Part shown: positions 27,257 to 42,231 of the stretch, one piece after another
Layout: each line of letters begins with the position of its first letter
How positions within the stretch are numbered: the stretch's first letter is position 1
From: Proteromonas lacertae
Taxonomy: Eukaryota
Length of the DNA stretch: 64,000 bases
Direction: 5' to 3'
NCBI GenBank assembly: GCA_002245135.1
Contig: NGBS01000877.1
Location: 1 to 64,000, forward strand
The notes under the pieces: generated by a model
The model's input: the letters and a program-made list of their open reading frames with translations, nothing else
Databases searched by the model: none
Told to the model about the DNA's origin: nothing
Made by a program: the position numbers and the translations under genes

Positions 27257-29526
27257 TCAATCATCTGAGAAATCTTCAATGGAATTATTTGAAAAAGTAG
27301 ATTCTTTTTTATAGAACATATATCTAAACGATTCAACTGGACCTTTGATGTTATTATTATCTATAAAAATATTAGCATTAATATATATATATATATATAT
27401 ATATAGCTATACTATCAATATATAGGTTTTTGATATGTATAAAAGTCTTCTGATAACATTCTATTTCACTTTTTGATAAGTTATTGTTAGATAGATCTAA
27501 TGTTTTCAATTGAGTTAATTCAGCTAAAACTGGTCTAAGCATAGTAGAACCAGAATCTTTAATTTCACATTCTTTCATATATAACTCCTTAATATTATTA
27601 AAACATTGTTTCTTGATTAATGATACAAAATATTGAATTGTATCATTCTCTACAAAAGCTCCAGATATATTCAACTTCACTACTGTTTGAGCTTTCTTTG
27701 CTTCAAAGAGTTGGAATAAATACTTCAATCCTTTACCAGTGATTCTTTTATCACTGTATTTATAATCTGCAATTGATAATTCTATTAACTTTGGTGATGC
27801 TAAACTGGATAATGATTGACAAATGAAATTAACTCCATCATTTCCAATTCCACTATCTATATTAATAATAATAATAAATAATATATATATATACATGAAA
27901 CATCAAATATCTGTATATTCTTCGAATGAATAGAATCAAAATATCCACACAATATCTGCATACCAGTAGGTGTAATTAGATTATTAGATAAATCAACTCT
28001 CATTAAATGTCTACAACAACCTGTTCTCAAAGCATCATTCAATGATGTTAGTTTATTATGATGAACACTATCTCCACAACAGTTATGATTTAAACCTATC
28101 TCCAGTAAAGATGGGAATAATTTCTTCTTTAATACTCTTGATAATTGAATTAAACCACTATTTTCAAAATAACATTCATTTAATAATAGGACTTGTAACA
28201 TTCCAAATGCATTGACTTTTAAACCATTGGTTATGAGTTGTATACTGTAAATATCCATTGGATTACCTGATAGATTCAAATAAGTCAAATTAGGGAATGG
28301 GTTAAACTTCGTTTGCATCCAAAAGTAGAATATTCCATCATGGTTGATATTATTATCTATTATTACAATATATATTATATACATGATAAATCCAATTTCT
28401 TCAAAGCAGGAAAGTTCATATTACTAAATAATGAAGCAATAACAATCATTCCTTCACTACCAATCGAATTATGTGATAGGTTCAACAACTCTAAATTCTT
28501 AAAAAATCCATTAATGAATAGATCATATAATAGCATTACTCCATTTGCACCTAATCCAACTCCTTCTAAATCCAACTCTTGTAATGAACAACAGTAAAGT
28601 AATGATTCGATTAAATATCGAACACTGTAAGTATCTAAAACCCATCCTTTTAAATTGATACTTTTTACATATTGGAATGATGGGAATGTTCTAAAATAGG
28701 CATTTAAATCAGGATCTGGAGTTGGAATGAAGCCTTTATATTCTCTAAATTCAACTGATGTATTTAATAATTCTATATATATATATATATATTATTAACA
28801 AACTATATATTATACTTTTTAAGAATGATTCTTTATCATTAGTTGTATGTGCAATACTATCTCGAATAAAGTGATCTATTGTATGATCTTCTAATACATT
28901 GTTAATAACATCTAATAAATATAGTATATATATAATATAAATATAATAATAATAAATACATTGATATGGTATTAATTTCCAATTAATATATTGTAATAAA
29001 TCATTCGACTTTCTAAGATCACATTTATTATCTTTAATATATTGTATAACTCCTTTCAACACTTGTATTTCACTACAGACCGTTAGTTTATTATCTCTCA
29101 ATAGTGACAATATTTCATCATTACTCAATATATGACAATATTCTATATAATAATAATAATATGAATAATATATATATATATATATACGTGGTTGAAACAA
29201 TATATCACCCCAATTATTGATAATATCATAATACTGTTTAAACAATGAACTGTTCTTATCACAATATAATTTATAGACAATATCTATTTCTGTAGGTAAA
29301 TAATCAGTTAAAAATCTATTCAAATAATAATAATAATAATACTTAAATGCTTCATCTTCTAATGATTGTACTTTCAATTGATATGATATTGACAATATAC
29401 TCATCACGTTAATTGGTGTTATCTTTATCCTACCAAACGAGAACCATGGTAATATTAACTCAAACTGATTGTTATTAATATCATCACATACTACAGTAGA
29501 ACCATCAGGTTTATTCTGTAATAATT

Positions 29527-29561
<35 letters not shown>

Positions 29562-31874
29562 TTTAAAATAATGACTACCTAAGCATAATAAACATTTCAT
29601 TGATTGATATAATTTACCATGAATAGACAATGTTATAGTAGTATGTCCATCAATTATTATACCATTTGTTGGCATTGATATACCCCATATATCACTATCA
29701 TTATCAGGAGGTTTGTATAAGATTTGACCATATTTACGATTATGTTTATGAAACTCTGTTGTTGATTCTTGTAATAACAATCCTTTAGATATTTGTAATA
29801 TTTTATTGAATAATTCTTTTGGGTAATTTTTGATGTATTTTGAGAATATTTTAGTGATATAATCTTCACTGATAAACATCCATTGAATATGTGATAATAA
29901 ATTGATCATTTCATTATCATCAATCTCATGGTCAATCATCCATTTAACTATACCAACAAATAAATCTCTTTCTCTATTAATTGATACACTATCTTCACTT
30001 AGGAAATATAATAATGATTCATAGACTAATCCATTACGATATTCATCATTTGATAATAATAACTGGGCATGTTGTAATAACCATCTTGTACAGGTAGCAA
30101 TCATTAATGTGTCATTTGATGTTTGAGCATAATCATATATATCAAATATACGTTCAATAGAGAGATGTTTGAATAGATACTCACTACATCTCATTTCCAC
30201 TTCTTCTACTACATAATAATTGGATAATTCACATAATTGTAAGACATTTTCTTGATTTATTTCAATCTAAATAATAATAATAATAATATATATATATATA
30301 TATACGGATTGTGAATGAATTGCTTTCATTAATAATCCAAAATAAGGTGATTCTTCTTCTAATTCATACACTGTAGTAGTTGAATTAATAGTTCTATTAT
30401 TATTAGATAATAAAGGTTGGTTATAATTCTTAAAGAAATCACAATGTTGTATCAATAAAGACTGTAAACAATAAAATGTCTCCTTCTTTGTCTTGACAAT
30501 AACATCATAATATTCATTATTTGTACAATCATATGATTTCTTTTGTATTGTTGTAGATGGAACAATAAACTTCTTTAATTCATCTATTGCCTTTTGCAAA
30601 GCAATTCTTTGTTCAGGTTTTCTAGTTATTAATGTCTTCGCATAATCTTGAAACTTTGTTGGATAATTTGTTAATATTTGTTGAATATCTAATGTCTTAT
30701 GTTGAGAATAGTTCTTGTAATCTTTCAATGGATGTTTATTAGTACATAGTATATATAATAATACACCAAATGAGAATGTAGGATGTTTATTTAATAATAT
30801 ATTATTATTATCAACAGATAGTAATATCTCTGGGCTATGATATACAGAAGGTACTATTCCTGATAATATATGGTTTTTATATTTCCAACCTACTCTTATT
30901 GCACTACTAAAATTACCTATAACTACATTACCATCTTGATCTAAGAATATTGATTCTAATGGTAATTCTAATAAGATAATATTCTCATTATATAAGAAAT
31001 ATAATGATCTACCTATATCTAATAAGATTGGTATAATGAAATCTAAAGGTCGAGGTATTGGTACTTTTTGAAGTGTATCTGATAATGGTGTATATGGTTG
31101 ATTCATTATTACACAATAAGAAGTACGGCAACTCCATAATCTTTCATCTAGAAATGATGTTATCGGTGAAGTTGGTAAGAAATCTTGAAATACCCCTAAT
31201 ATTCTAATTATATTAGGATGTTGGATTATTTTGTAAGATGATAACAATATATCCCATTGTACTCGATTACCTGGATCTTGTAGATCAAGATCAGTGTTTA
31301 ATATCACTTTTAAGTATAATCTATATACATAATTAATAAAATAATATATTATATTTATTATATATACGTTCTACTTGTCTTAACAAGTTTGTGGTTGCAA
31401 TATACTTTGAACACTGCATAATCTTTGGTTTTATATTCCAATTTGTGAACTGTAAAGTCATTTAGACTTATATGACCACAACTACCAATTCCACCCCAAT
31501 AATCATCTGTAAATCCCCATATTCTACCTCTATAAGCATCTAAACAATTTTGACAGTAATATTTCCCACATACATCGCATGGTTTGTAATTTGCACTATT
31601 ATCACACATACAGCATTTTCCTATATGTAATACTCATAATTGTCAATATACCAGCAATTCCTAATGATATTACTCTATGAAGTGAAAATGAAGGCTATTA
31701 TTATATAATATATTAGTATTATACATTAGCATGCAATATTCTACAACACGTTTCGCAATAAGAAGCTTCACATTGATGACAGTAATGTCTGCAATGATTT
31801 TCACAACATTTATAACATCTAAACGTATATTAAAGAAAAATAATCTACCTTGTTGACTCAGAAGTGTTGGACAT
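27257..31874 (-). CDS. B-box/Zn-finger + pseudokinase + tandem BTB-BACK + LRR protein
   Basis: 13 GT-AG introns join all fragments in frame. CYKC...YCHQC..SYCETC..ILH zinc finger. Kinase fold HPNIIRILG...YHSPEI lacking HRD/DFG. BTB (YYDVIVKT...LIQHCDFFK) and BACK (ERDLFVGIVKW; EIQVLKGVIQY). RNI-like LRRs. Confidence 0.8.
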
Positions 31875-31984
31875 CACTCAAGAATTCAATGTGAAATATT
31901 TTCAAACTCACAAACCAAGCCTAATATCAAGCTTAATTATACGTTTTTTATTTTTTTTAAACATTTATAAATTTTTAGATAGAA
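31875..31984. promoter_or_regulatory. 110-bp bidirectional promoter containing paired CAAGCCTAA/TCAAGCTT motifs
   Basis: Divergent ATGs at 31874 and 31985; motifs at 31915-31934. Confidence 0.55.
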
Positions 31985-34900
31985 ATGGATGATTCATTAA
32001 GTGATTCTAAATCAGTATATTACATTTTTATCTATTTTAGGAGAGTTCAAATTCATCTAGTGAATCACCTTCATCAGAAGAACCATCAGATAATGAATTT
32101 GATGAAAATGATAATACAAAAGATAATAACTTAGAAACTGAAGAAAATCAGTCAGTTAATTCAAATACAGAAAATACACCTCCAAAGCCTCCAAACCCAT
32201 TTAAACAAGCTGAAACGAATAATAGTGATAATAATACAGAAGATAATATAGAATCTAATACTGAGAATGAAAAAGGTGAGGATAATGAGGATAATAAAAT
32301 AGAATCAAATCAAGAAGATGTAGAAAATAATAATTCAGAAGGAAATGGAGAAGTTGAGAATAAAAATGAAAGAAATAATTCAGCAGAGGAAATAGAAAAT
32401 GAGGATAATAAACAATCAAATAAAGATGAAGAATCAATAGATGTTTCTACAGAAAATATACCACAAGATAATGTAGTTTCTGCAGAATTGGAAGTAGAAG
32501 AAGAAAAAATTGAGAATAAATTAAATGATGCATTAATAGATAATGTTCAGAATGAAGAACAACCTAATGAAGAGAATGAACGAAATGAAGGAATAAAACC
32601 AACAGAAGATGATGAAGAAGAGAAAGAGGGAAATAATACTATTGAAGAAAGGAATGAAAGTAAAGGATCAGATAGAGAAGAAGAAAAGGATAATAATAAT
32701 GAAGAAGAGAAAAATGAGTTTGAGCAATCTAATGAGAATAAAGAATCAAATGAAGAAGAAGAAAAACGTAGTAATGATGAAGAAAATGAAGAAAATAAAC
32801 AAGAAGATAATAATTTTGGAGAAGAAAATAATGAGTCAAACGAAGTATTAAAAGAAGAAGAAAAGGAAAATAGAGAAAATGAAGAAGAGGAAAATAATGA
32901 AGAAGAAGAAGCAACAGATGAAGAACAACAACCGACAGAAGAACAACCAACCACTGAAGAAGAAGGTAATGAAGAAAATAAAGATCAGCCAACTGAAAAA
33001 GAAGAAACAGATGAAGAAGAAAAATCAGTAGAAGAAGAAACAAAACCCGATGATGAAAGTTTTGAAGAATCAACAGAAGAAAAATCTAAAGAAGAAGAAT
33101 CACAAGAAAAAGAAGAAGAAGCAACAACTGAAGAACAACAACCTGTTGAAGAAGAAAATAATGAAGAACAACAAGATAAACCAACTGAAGATAATTCACA
33201 AGAAGAAGAACAACTGACAGAAGAAACAAAAGAAGAAGAAAACTTACAGAAAGAGGAGGAAGATAATGAAGAAGAAAAACCAGTAGAAGAAGAAACAAAA
33301 CCTGATGAAGAAAGTTTTGAAGAATCAACTGAAGAAAAATCTAAAGAAGAAGAATCACAAGAAAAAGAAGAAGAAGCAACAACTGAAGAACAACAACCGA
33401 CAGAAGAACAGCCAACCACTGAAGAAGAATCTAATGAAGAAGAATTCAATGAAGGAGAACTACCAACAGAAGAAGAAGCTAATGTGGAAGGAGAAGAACC
33501 ACAAAAAGAAGATAAAGAACCAACAGAAGAAGAAGAAGAAATGAATAATAAGGAAGAAGAACAAGATAAACCAACTGAAGATAATTCACAAGAAGAAGGT
33601 AAAGAAGAAGATCAGCCAACAGAAGAAGAAAACCTACAGAAAGAGGAAGAAGATAATGAAGAAGAAAAACCAGTAGAAGAAGAAACAAAACCTGATGAAG
33701 AAAGTTTTGAAGAATCAACAGAAGAAAAATCTAAAGAAGAAGAATCACAAGAAAAAGAAGAAGAAGCAACAACTGAAGAACAACAACCTGTTGAAGAAGA
33801 AAATAATGAAGAACAACAAGATAAACCAACTGAAGAGAAACCACAAGAAGAAGAACAACTGACAGAAGAAACAAAAGAAGAAGAAAACTTACAGAAAGAG
33901 GAGGAAGATAATGAAGAAGAAAAACCAGTAGAAGAAGAAACAAAACCTGATGAAGAAAGTTTTGAAGAATCAACTGAAGAAAAATCTAAAGAAGAAGAAT
34001 CACAAGAAAAAGAAGAAGAAGCAACAACTGAAGAACAACAACCTGTTGAAGAAGAAAATAATGAAGAACAACAAGATAAACCAACTGAAGATAATTCACA
34101 AGAAGAAGAACAACTGACAGAAGAAACAAAAGAAGAAGAAAACCCACAGAAAGAGGAGGAAGATAATGAAGAAGAAAAACCAGTAGAAGAAGAAACAAAA
34201 CCTGATGAAGAAAGTTTTGAAGAATCAACTGAAGAAAAATCTAAAGAAGAAGAATCTAATGAAGAAGAATTCAATGAAGAAGAACAACCAACTGAAGAAC
34301 AACAACCTGTTGAAGAAGAAAATAAGGAAGAAGAAGAAGATCAGCCAACTGAAGATAATTCACAAGAAGAAGAAAACCCACAGAAAGAGGAAGAAGATAA
34401 TGAAGAAGAAAACCCAGTTAATGTGGTAGAGAAAGTTGAAAATAGTAATGAAGATGAATTTGAAGAATCAAAACCAGAATATGAAAATGAAGATGAAAAT
34501 CATACAAATGAGTTTGAGGATGAAGATGAATTTGAAAAATCTAAAGAAAAAGAGGAAAGAAGTAACAATGATAATGACATGAATGAAGAAGATGTAGAAA
34601 ATGAAATTCCTAAAAGTCCATTAGATAGAGATGAATTTAACGATGAACCAACAGTGTCAGCAACAGCAGAAACTAATGAAAATGACTCTTCTGAAAACAG
34701 AGAAACAGAAAAAATTACAGAAGAACAACAACCACAAGAATATAATGAAGATGAAGAAGAAATAAATAATGAAGAAAAATTGGAGAATGAAAATGAAGCT
34801 TTAACTCCATCATCATCAACGCAGAAAGAGGAAGAAATAGTAAAAGAAGATGATGATAATAGTAATAATAATAATAATCAACAACAACAAGAAGAAACAA

Positions 34901-36833
34901 TAAACTATCCAGAAGAAGAAGAAGAAGTAAGAATGTCTCCAACGCCAAGAAAACTTGAAATAGAAACAGAATATGAAGAAAGACAACCATCACAACAACA
35001 AGAATATATGAATAAGACTCCAAGTGAAGAACCTTTAACAACAATTCCGACTGATAGAAAAAACACAGTTAAGAATTTAAAACCTACTAAAGTTTCTAAT
35101 TCAAATATTAAGCCAAAACCAAAATCGCAACAAAAACAACAACAACAATATGTTCCACAACCTCCTCCTAGAAAACCTCCAGTTCCTCGATTTATAACAC
35201 AGACAAAACTTAAAAGATTTACTGTATTTATTATTATATTATTATATTGTAATATGTAGATAATACCTAAAAAGCCTTCTGTTCCAGTACAACCAGTGCA
35301 TAAGCATGAAACATATTCTGAATTAATAAAATCTCCCAAAATCAGCAGAGATAAAGATATTATGCGAGCTTTAGCTGATGATGGTGAATTAACCAAAGAA
35401 GATATTGAATTGATAAAGAAAAGCAGTGCTTCTCCTCCCAAATATGCAGACAGTAAATATATTGTGAAATGTGATAATTGTGATGTATATAAACATGTTT
35501 ATATATTATATATTATATTTAGATAAGAACTGGTTCAGTTCATTGCGAAGAATGTAGAGCTATTTATTGTTACTTATGTGATAATGTATTACACATGAAT
35601 AAAAGTCTAAAGAATCACAATAGAAAAGTTGTAGATGGTGCTTCACCTCCGCCACCATCTTCATCTTCTAATTACAATAATAATAACACAAATTCCCAAT
35701 TTATGGAAGCAAATAATAATAATAATAATAATAACAGTGGTACTTATGACCAAATAAGAAGTCGTGAAGATATTCGAAAAATACATAATGATATTCAAAT
35801 AAGATCTTCTTTATACACAAAGAATAAATCAAAGAATAGTCGTAGAAGAAAATTCCCAAGTAGAAGAGATTATATGCCTTATCCTCCAATGCCAAAGAAA
35901 TCAGAATTGAAAAGAAGAGAAAGAGGATTTAATACTAACTATAGTATCAGAGAAGTAGGTAAGTTATTTGGAGAAGTACCTCCATTAAACTATAATATAT
36001 TACCAGAATTTAATAAAAACTACCCAATCGAAGATTATGATTTAAGTCCAGCTCAACGAAGATATATAAATCAAATAATGCCACAAAGAAAATCATCCAA
36101 ATTCAGTCGAATTCACAATATTCCAACAGATACAAATGATCGTCCTTCCAGTGCAATATCTCCTAAAACTAACACTGAATCAAATACCAGAATATTTAAC
36201 AAAAGGAACAAAAGACCACAATCTGCAAGTAGTGGTTTAAATCGAAATGAGAGTAATATGGATTGGAAATATACAACATTATGGTATGGAAGACGAGAAA
36301 CAATTGATAATAGTAATTGGTTAAATATATCTCCATTAAGAAAACAAAGTATAAATAAATAAATATATATATATATATCATTATTTATTATTATAGAAGG
36401 CTGTAGTAATTTGCGAAAAGATTTTGAAATATGTAAAAAATTATTAGAGAAAATATGGAATGAATTAAATGTTCCATTGAAATATCGAGATGTATTTTTA
36501 AAAGAATATGGAGAAGAGGTTAGTATAGAGAATTATTTGGAGATGTTAGAAGAGATAGCCACAATGAAAGAATGTCGAAATTTATTAATGGAAGTGCTAG
36601 GAATGATTAGAGATACATATGGTGAAAAGATTGAAGATATTGATGAAGAAGATTATGAATATTTAGGAATAGAAAATAAAAAAAGTAATAAGAATGAAAT
36701 AAAATTAGATGAAAATGAAGATAGGTTTGAATTGAAAGAAGAAATAAAAGAAAAACTAAAAGATGTGAAAAGCAAATTAAATTGGTTGAAAACACTGATA
36801 GTAGATGGTAGAGATTATTTTGGATTAATTTAG
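31985..36833 (+). CDS. Very acidic repetitive protein with a B-box and C-terminal helical domain
   Basis: ATG 31985 and four GT-AG introns. Glu-rich repeats. Spliced B-box KCDNCD/IRTGSVHCEECRAIYCYLCDNVLH...H. Confidence 0.75.
33000..34420 (+). repeat. Coding tandem repeat with a 255-bp (85-aa) unit and one 390-bp interval
   Basis: The EEKPVEEETKPDEESFEEST-coding block recurs at ~33016, 33271, 33661, 33916 and 34171, nearly identical at DNA level. Confidence 0.9.
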
Positions 36834-36909
36834 TTAATATTTATATCTAAATATTAAGAATTGTGTTTTTTAAAAAATATTGGAAACTGAAACGACTCAA
36901 TTTCCAAAA

Positions 36910-39291
36910 ATGCCAATTTCAAATTTATTTCATGATGTAGAAGATATTATAAAGCATCAAAACATAAATTTGAAAGTATATGGTTTGCTTTTATTGTATA
37001 GATAAAAGAAAGGGTGGAAAAGGGTAATAATGAGGTAGATTTGGCAATAGAAGATGAAAACGATAAGAAAGTAATGAAAATCTTTAATATTGATGGACTA
37101 AAAGAAAAAATGATATTGAAATATAATGAAAATAGTTCTTTTCTACTTTATTGTTCATATCACATATATCCTTCGCATATACAAATATGCGGATTTAATA
37201 TGATTATATATGATAGAAATTACTATTTTATAGATTTAGAAGAAATTATCTACAACAAATCATTTTTATGTGATGATATTTGTGAAGTGATATGTGGTAT
37301 GTGTGATATTCTAATGATATTGAGTGAGTATGATTTAGATATAAGTAATTTGAAGAGTAGTAATGTTGTATATGAAGAAGATAATAGAATAAAGTTGTGT
37401 GATTTATTCTTGAATGAAATAAGAAAAGAAGAAGATATGAGATTATATGACATATGCTTCAGAGGCCCAGAAGAGTTGAGTGGATTAGAATGTAATGATG
37501 AAAGTGTAATTTGGTCAATTGGGTGTATTTTGTATGAAATGATTTGTAAGAAATTACCATTTAATGAAGATAATAATATGTATAATACTCTGAATAATAT
37601 AATGAGATGTAAATACAGTTTTGATGTAGAATGTGATGATATAATGAAAGAAATAATAGAAAGAATGTTAAAAGTGAAGAGTGAAGATAGATTGAGTTTA
37701 AAAGAGTTGGAAAAAGAAATGATAAAAATGAGTGAAATACTGAAAGATGAAGAAGATAATTTAAAGATATGTGATGAAAGAAAAGAGTTGTTGTTCAATA
37801 ATGATAAAGAGATTCTACTATTTCTACCTTATTTGAAAAAGGATGAATATGAAAGTATATATTATATGATATTAATTATAATAATTATTGAATAGAAAAA
37901 CGAGATATACTAATAGAATCATACAATAATAAACCAAATGAAAAACTGTTGTTGATATTATTGATGATGAAGATAAACAAAAATGATCAATCAATAGAAG
38001 ATAAGCTGAGCTTTCATCTTCATCAATGTAAAGAAGGAAGAATACCACATTCAGATTATCTTTATAATAAAGACAGTAACAAAAAGTATTATTTGGATAA
38101 AATGATATTCAACATTTGGGTAGATAAAAAAGAAATATTAGTTAAGAACAATTGTGTTTGTCTATGTGAAGAAGGTATAAATTATTTATTCAAAATATTA
38201 ACACTAATTAACCCAATAAAGATCTATTTCGGTATAGCTTTAACCATATTTATTTGTTTAGATGGAGTTCAATTTCCAGGCAAACATAAACTACTTGTTG
38301 GATCATGTTTATCTCATTTTTCTAATCTTCAAGAGTTACAATTAGAATGTTGTTCTATTTCTTCTATTTTCATTGAATCGTTTGTTAAATCAATTCCATT
38401 CACAGAATTGAAGCATGTAAATCTTTCATGTATTTGTTAATTATTATTTTGTTATTCTTAAATAGTTAATCCGATATTTACAGAAGGATTCAAATTATTA
38501 CTTCCGCATCTACACTTGTTAATCAACAATTATAATGAATTAAATCTTAGTGGAATGGGCTTAGATGATGAATGTATGACAATTTTATCAGAAGAATTAT
38601 ATAAATATCCAAATATTGAAAAAATTAGTATTATATACAACGAGAATATTCATTCTGTTGGATTAAAAACATTATTCTCCAAATTTCCTATTTCATATAT
38701 AGAATTTGGTTGTAATAGTAATAATAAAGAATTACTTATTGATAAAGATATTCCAGAATTAATCAAATACATCAAATCATTTAAAGAATTAAATCTGAGA
38801 TATTTTCATATTGATGATGGTTTTTTCAAATCATTCATTCAATTAAGATTAAATGAACTTGAAGAAATAGAAAAGTTAGATTTGAGATGTATAACTTGAT
38901 ATTTCACTATTACTTAGATAATAAACTAACGCATCAAAGTATAGATATACTAATGAAAAAAATTTCTTCATTACCAAAGCTTAAATATCTATATTTAAAT
39001 GGAAATGAAATAGGAGATGGAGGGATGAAACTATTATCTCCACATTTAGATTTATTTCATGATAATTATGATTTTACTATCAATTGTTCAAGTATAATTA
39101 TTCATTATGATTTTTTAGAAATTGGTATATCTTCAACTGGTTTAAAGTACGTGGTTAAAGGTTTAAACAATTGTCACAAAAGGATCAAAACACTTGATGT
39201 AAGAGAAAATAATATTGATAAAGCAGGAGTAAAATATTTGATGAAAAATGTGAAAAAAACTATAAAAATTTTATACACTGAACCAGAGTAA
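36910..39291 (+). CDS. Pseudokinase-LRR family member, short form
   Basis: ATG 36910, first intron 36976-37001. ISNLKSSNV and CDLFL pseudokinase motifs. LRRs end earlier than in the paralogs. Confidence 0.8.
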
Positions 39292-39479
39292 TAGTCTCAT
39301 TCACCATGTATGTAATAATTTTGTTTTTAATTATGTTTATTAATTTTTTTCAATTTTCTCAACATATTATTGAAGTTAATTTTTTTGAAGTATACAATTA
39401 TTTTCTTCATTTGTTAATGAGTAAATGTTAGATAGAGTTAAAAGTATAACACAATCAATTAACAAAAAAACTAAAGTAA

Positions 39480-40932
39480 TTAATAAAATTTTAAAAAGAA
39501 AACTATCAAAAACACCATTAACATAACCATAAATCTACAAACAACCATCTTCATTTGAGTATCATTCTTTTCATCATTCTCAATTACATACCTTTTCAAT
39601 TCATTTTTAAATTTTCCAAAACTGAAGTTATCTTTCACATGTTTCTTGCAATTATCACCTAGTTTACTACTCAAATTCTTATCTTCAACATATTTCAACA
39701 TACAATTGCCAAAGTTATCTACTTTTACATTCTCATCATCATCTTCATCAATTAAAAATCCAGTTTTACCATTCACAATTGTTTCTTTTGGACCACCACT
39801 ATTCATTCCAATAACACTTCTTCCACAATACATTGCTTCAACTGGAACAATTCCAAAATGTTCAAAAGATGGCGTATATAATATAACACTACTTTTTATA
39901 AACAATTCTATTTTCTTTTCATCACTTGGACTTTTATAAAACTCAATTCGAATATTCATTTCTTTATTCTCAAATACTTTCAAATTATTAATCTCTTCTT
40001 CTTCTTCATTTAGTTTTATATTTATTCTATTACTTTCATACTTCAATATATCTACTAATTCGCTGTAATACTCTATATTCTCATTCACCATATCATCATA
40101 ACCACCACTTATAATTAATTTTATCTTTTCATTTTTTATTCTTTCATCTTTCAACATATTTTCTTTCATTCTAATAAACGATTTAATTGCTAATGAAATG
40201 TTCTTTTTTCTTTCATATCTATTAATTGACATAAATGTAATATATTCTTCATCTTTTTTCATTTTCTTTTCTTCAACACATTTCTTTATCAATACATCTA
40301 ATACAGTTGTGTTTAATGAAGGATATAATATTTTTATATCTGTATTCCTATCATTTATGAATTTAGTAAACGTTTTTTGTATTATACTTTTGCTGTATAA
40401 ACTGTTACATAATAATATATCACTTACACTTGTTGTAAACTCTTCAATCAAATTAAATGGAATTCTATAAATTCTGTTTAACAAATTATGGTTTGTTGTT
40501 AATAACAAATCAGGATGATGACAATAGAACACTATCTTTGATTCTGATTTGAAGAATTTTAATAAAAACACATACATACTAATTTGATCAGTAAAATATA
40601 GGTCATATGTATGTTCCCTTACCATTACTGCAAAACTCAAGTAAATAGCTCGAATCATTGCAAATAAAATATGACCCTTCTTAAAAAAAGAACGAGGTAA
40701 CCAATCGCCATACACTTTAACAGACAACTCATTCTTTGTTTCTAAAAATGCATGATCTGGATTATGGTGAGAAGTAAACCTACCATTAAGCAAGAATAAA
40801 ATAAATATTATACATTGTTACTTCACATCCTAATTGTTTCAACGCTACAGCAACATCTACAACCAATCTTTCAGCTCCTCCAATACCAAGATCAGGATGT
40901 AATAATGCAACTTTTATTTTCTTTTGTGACAT
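39480..40932 (-). CDS. ALG2: Alpha-1,3/1,6-mannosyltransferase ALG2
   Basis: [51 protein letters not shown]-terminal TM. One intron. Confidence 0.95.
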
Positions 40933-41057
40933 TATTAATGAGAATTTGACATGTCAAATGTCAGATTTTATGATTCTCGTTTTTTGAATAGTATAGATGA
41001 TATAATCTTAAGCCAAACACAAAAAATGAAGAATTAAAAATATTACTAATAATTTCT

Positions 41058-42031
41058 TTACTGTTTGTACCATACATCCAAGGCACAAGTATCATAACTT
41101 ACAGCAGCGATATGACTACCTTTTGAAAATTGGATTCCAGTCAATAAATGATCAGCTGAATGAGCTGAGAGTTTAATTTCAACATTAGTACAATCTTTAC
41201 TATCTAAGTTTGGAAGAGAGTAAACATTAACAATAGAATCTTCTCCACAACTAGCGAAGTAATTATCAGTTGGATGGCAACACAAGGCAGTAATACATCT
41301 ACTGTGAGCACAAATTTCCATTCTCAACCCTTCATGCAATTTAAACAATCTGATATGACCACTTGTATAACTAACAACAACTGTATCATTCTTCATGAAG
41401 CAACTAGTACAAGAATCAGCACTTTCAAACTTTGAAACAATATCATTCATTTTATCATCCCATACAATAACTACACCACTATCATCACAGGATATCATGT
41501 GCTTTGAATTGTAATCAATGTATACAATTGGTCTTTTATGTCCTTCAACGATTCTATCTAATTTCCAATCTTTACCTCCACTAATTAAGAGTATTTTACC
41601 ACTACTAGTTCCTATACATAACAATCCATTTGGTGTTTGACTTATTCCACGACAAAAACTGCCTGGTCCTCCTACACCTTCAATTTTGTTGATGTCAGCA
41701 CTGTATACTTGGGAAGTACCTGCACCATCAATAACTATATATCCGTTTGTAGTTGTTGCAACTAAAAATCTTTTTGAGTCAATTCTGCACCATCTAACTT
41801 GAGTTACTGGATGGACTTCAGCATATCTATGTTTAAATGAAAAATTAAATGAATATACGGCAGTTTTGTTGCTACTACATCTGTACCAGTTACACAATCC
41901 TCATTTACCATATAGACAATACTTTCTCTATAATAAGCCATAAATGAACCAGAACAACTCAAGTTGTTAAATCCATATGATGGAGATGCTTTTATAGAGA
42001 GTAGAGTATGAGCTTTATTTGACCAATTCAT
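41058..42031 (-). CDS. WDR54: WD40 repeat protein, WDR54-like
   Basis: N-terminal S..NNLS motif, FCRGI, GHIRLF, EICAHSRCITAL, ASCGEDS, LLTGIQF. A 32-nt intron (41827-41858) joins the two ORFs. Confidence 0.75.
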
Positions 42032-42231
42032 GTTTAACGATGGAGATTACTCAATATCAAATCAAAAAAAAAGAAAGATGTTAAATCAAGCTTTTTGGTT
42101 TGGCTTGATGCTTTTCAAATAAATCACAATACATTTGTTTATATTATATTTCATAAATCAATAATAATAATATCAACAATTCAATACTATACTAAAATCA
42201 ACAATAAACAACAAAAAACACAACAAATCAA

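Noticed and set aside
32547..35441. Long Ser/Leu-rich minus-strand ORFs
   Set aside because: Antisense shadows of the GAA-rich coding repeat.
36951..36960. AAAGCATCAA as a promoter motif
   Set aside because: It lies inside the first coding exon of the 36910 gene.
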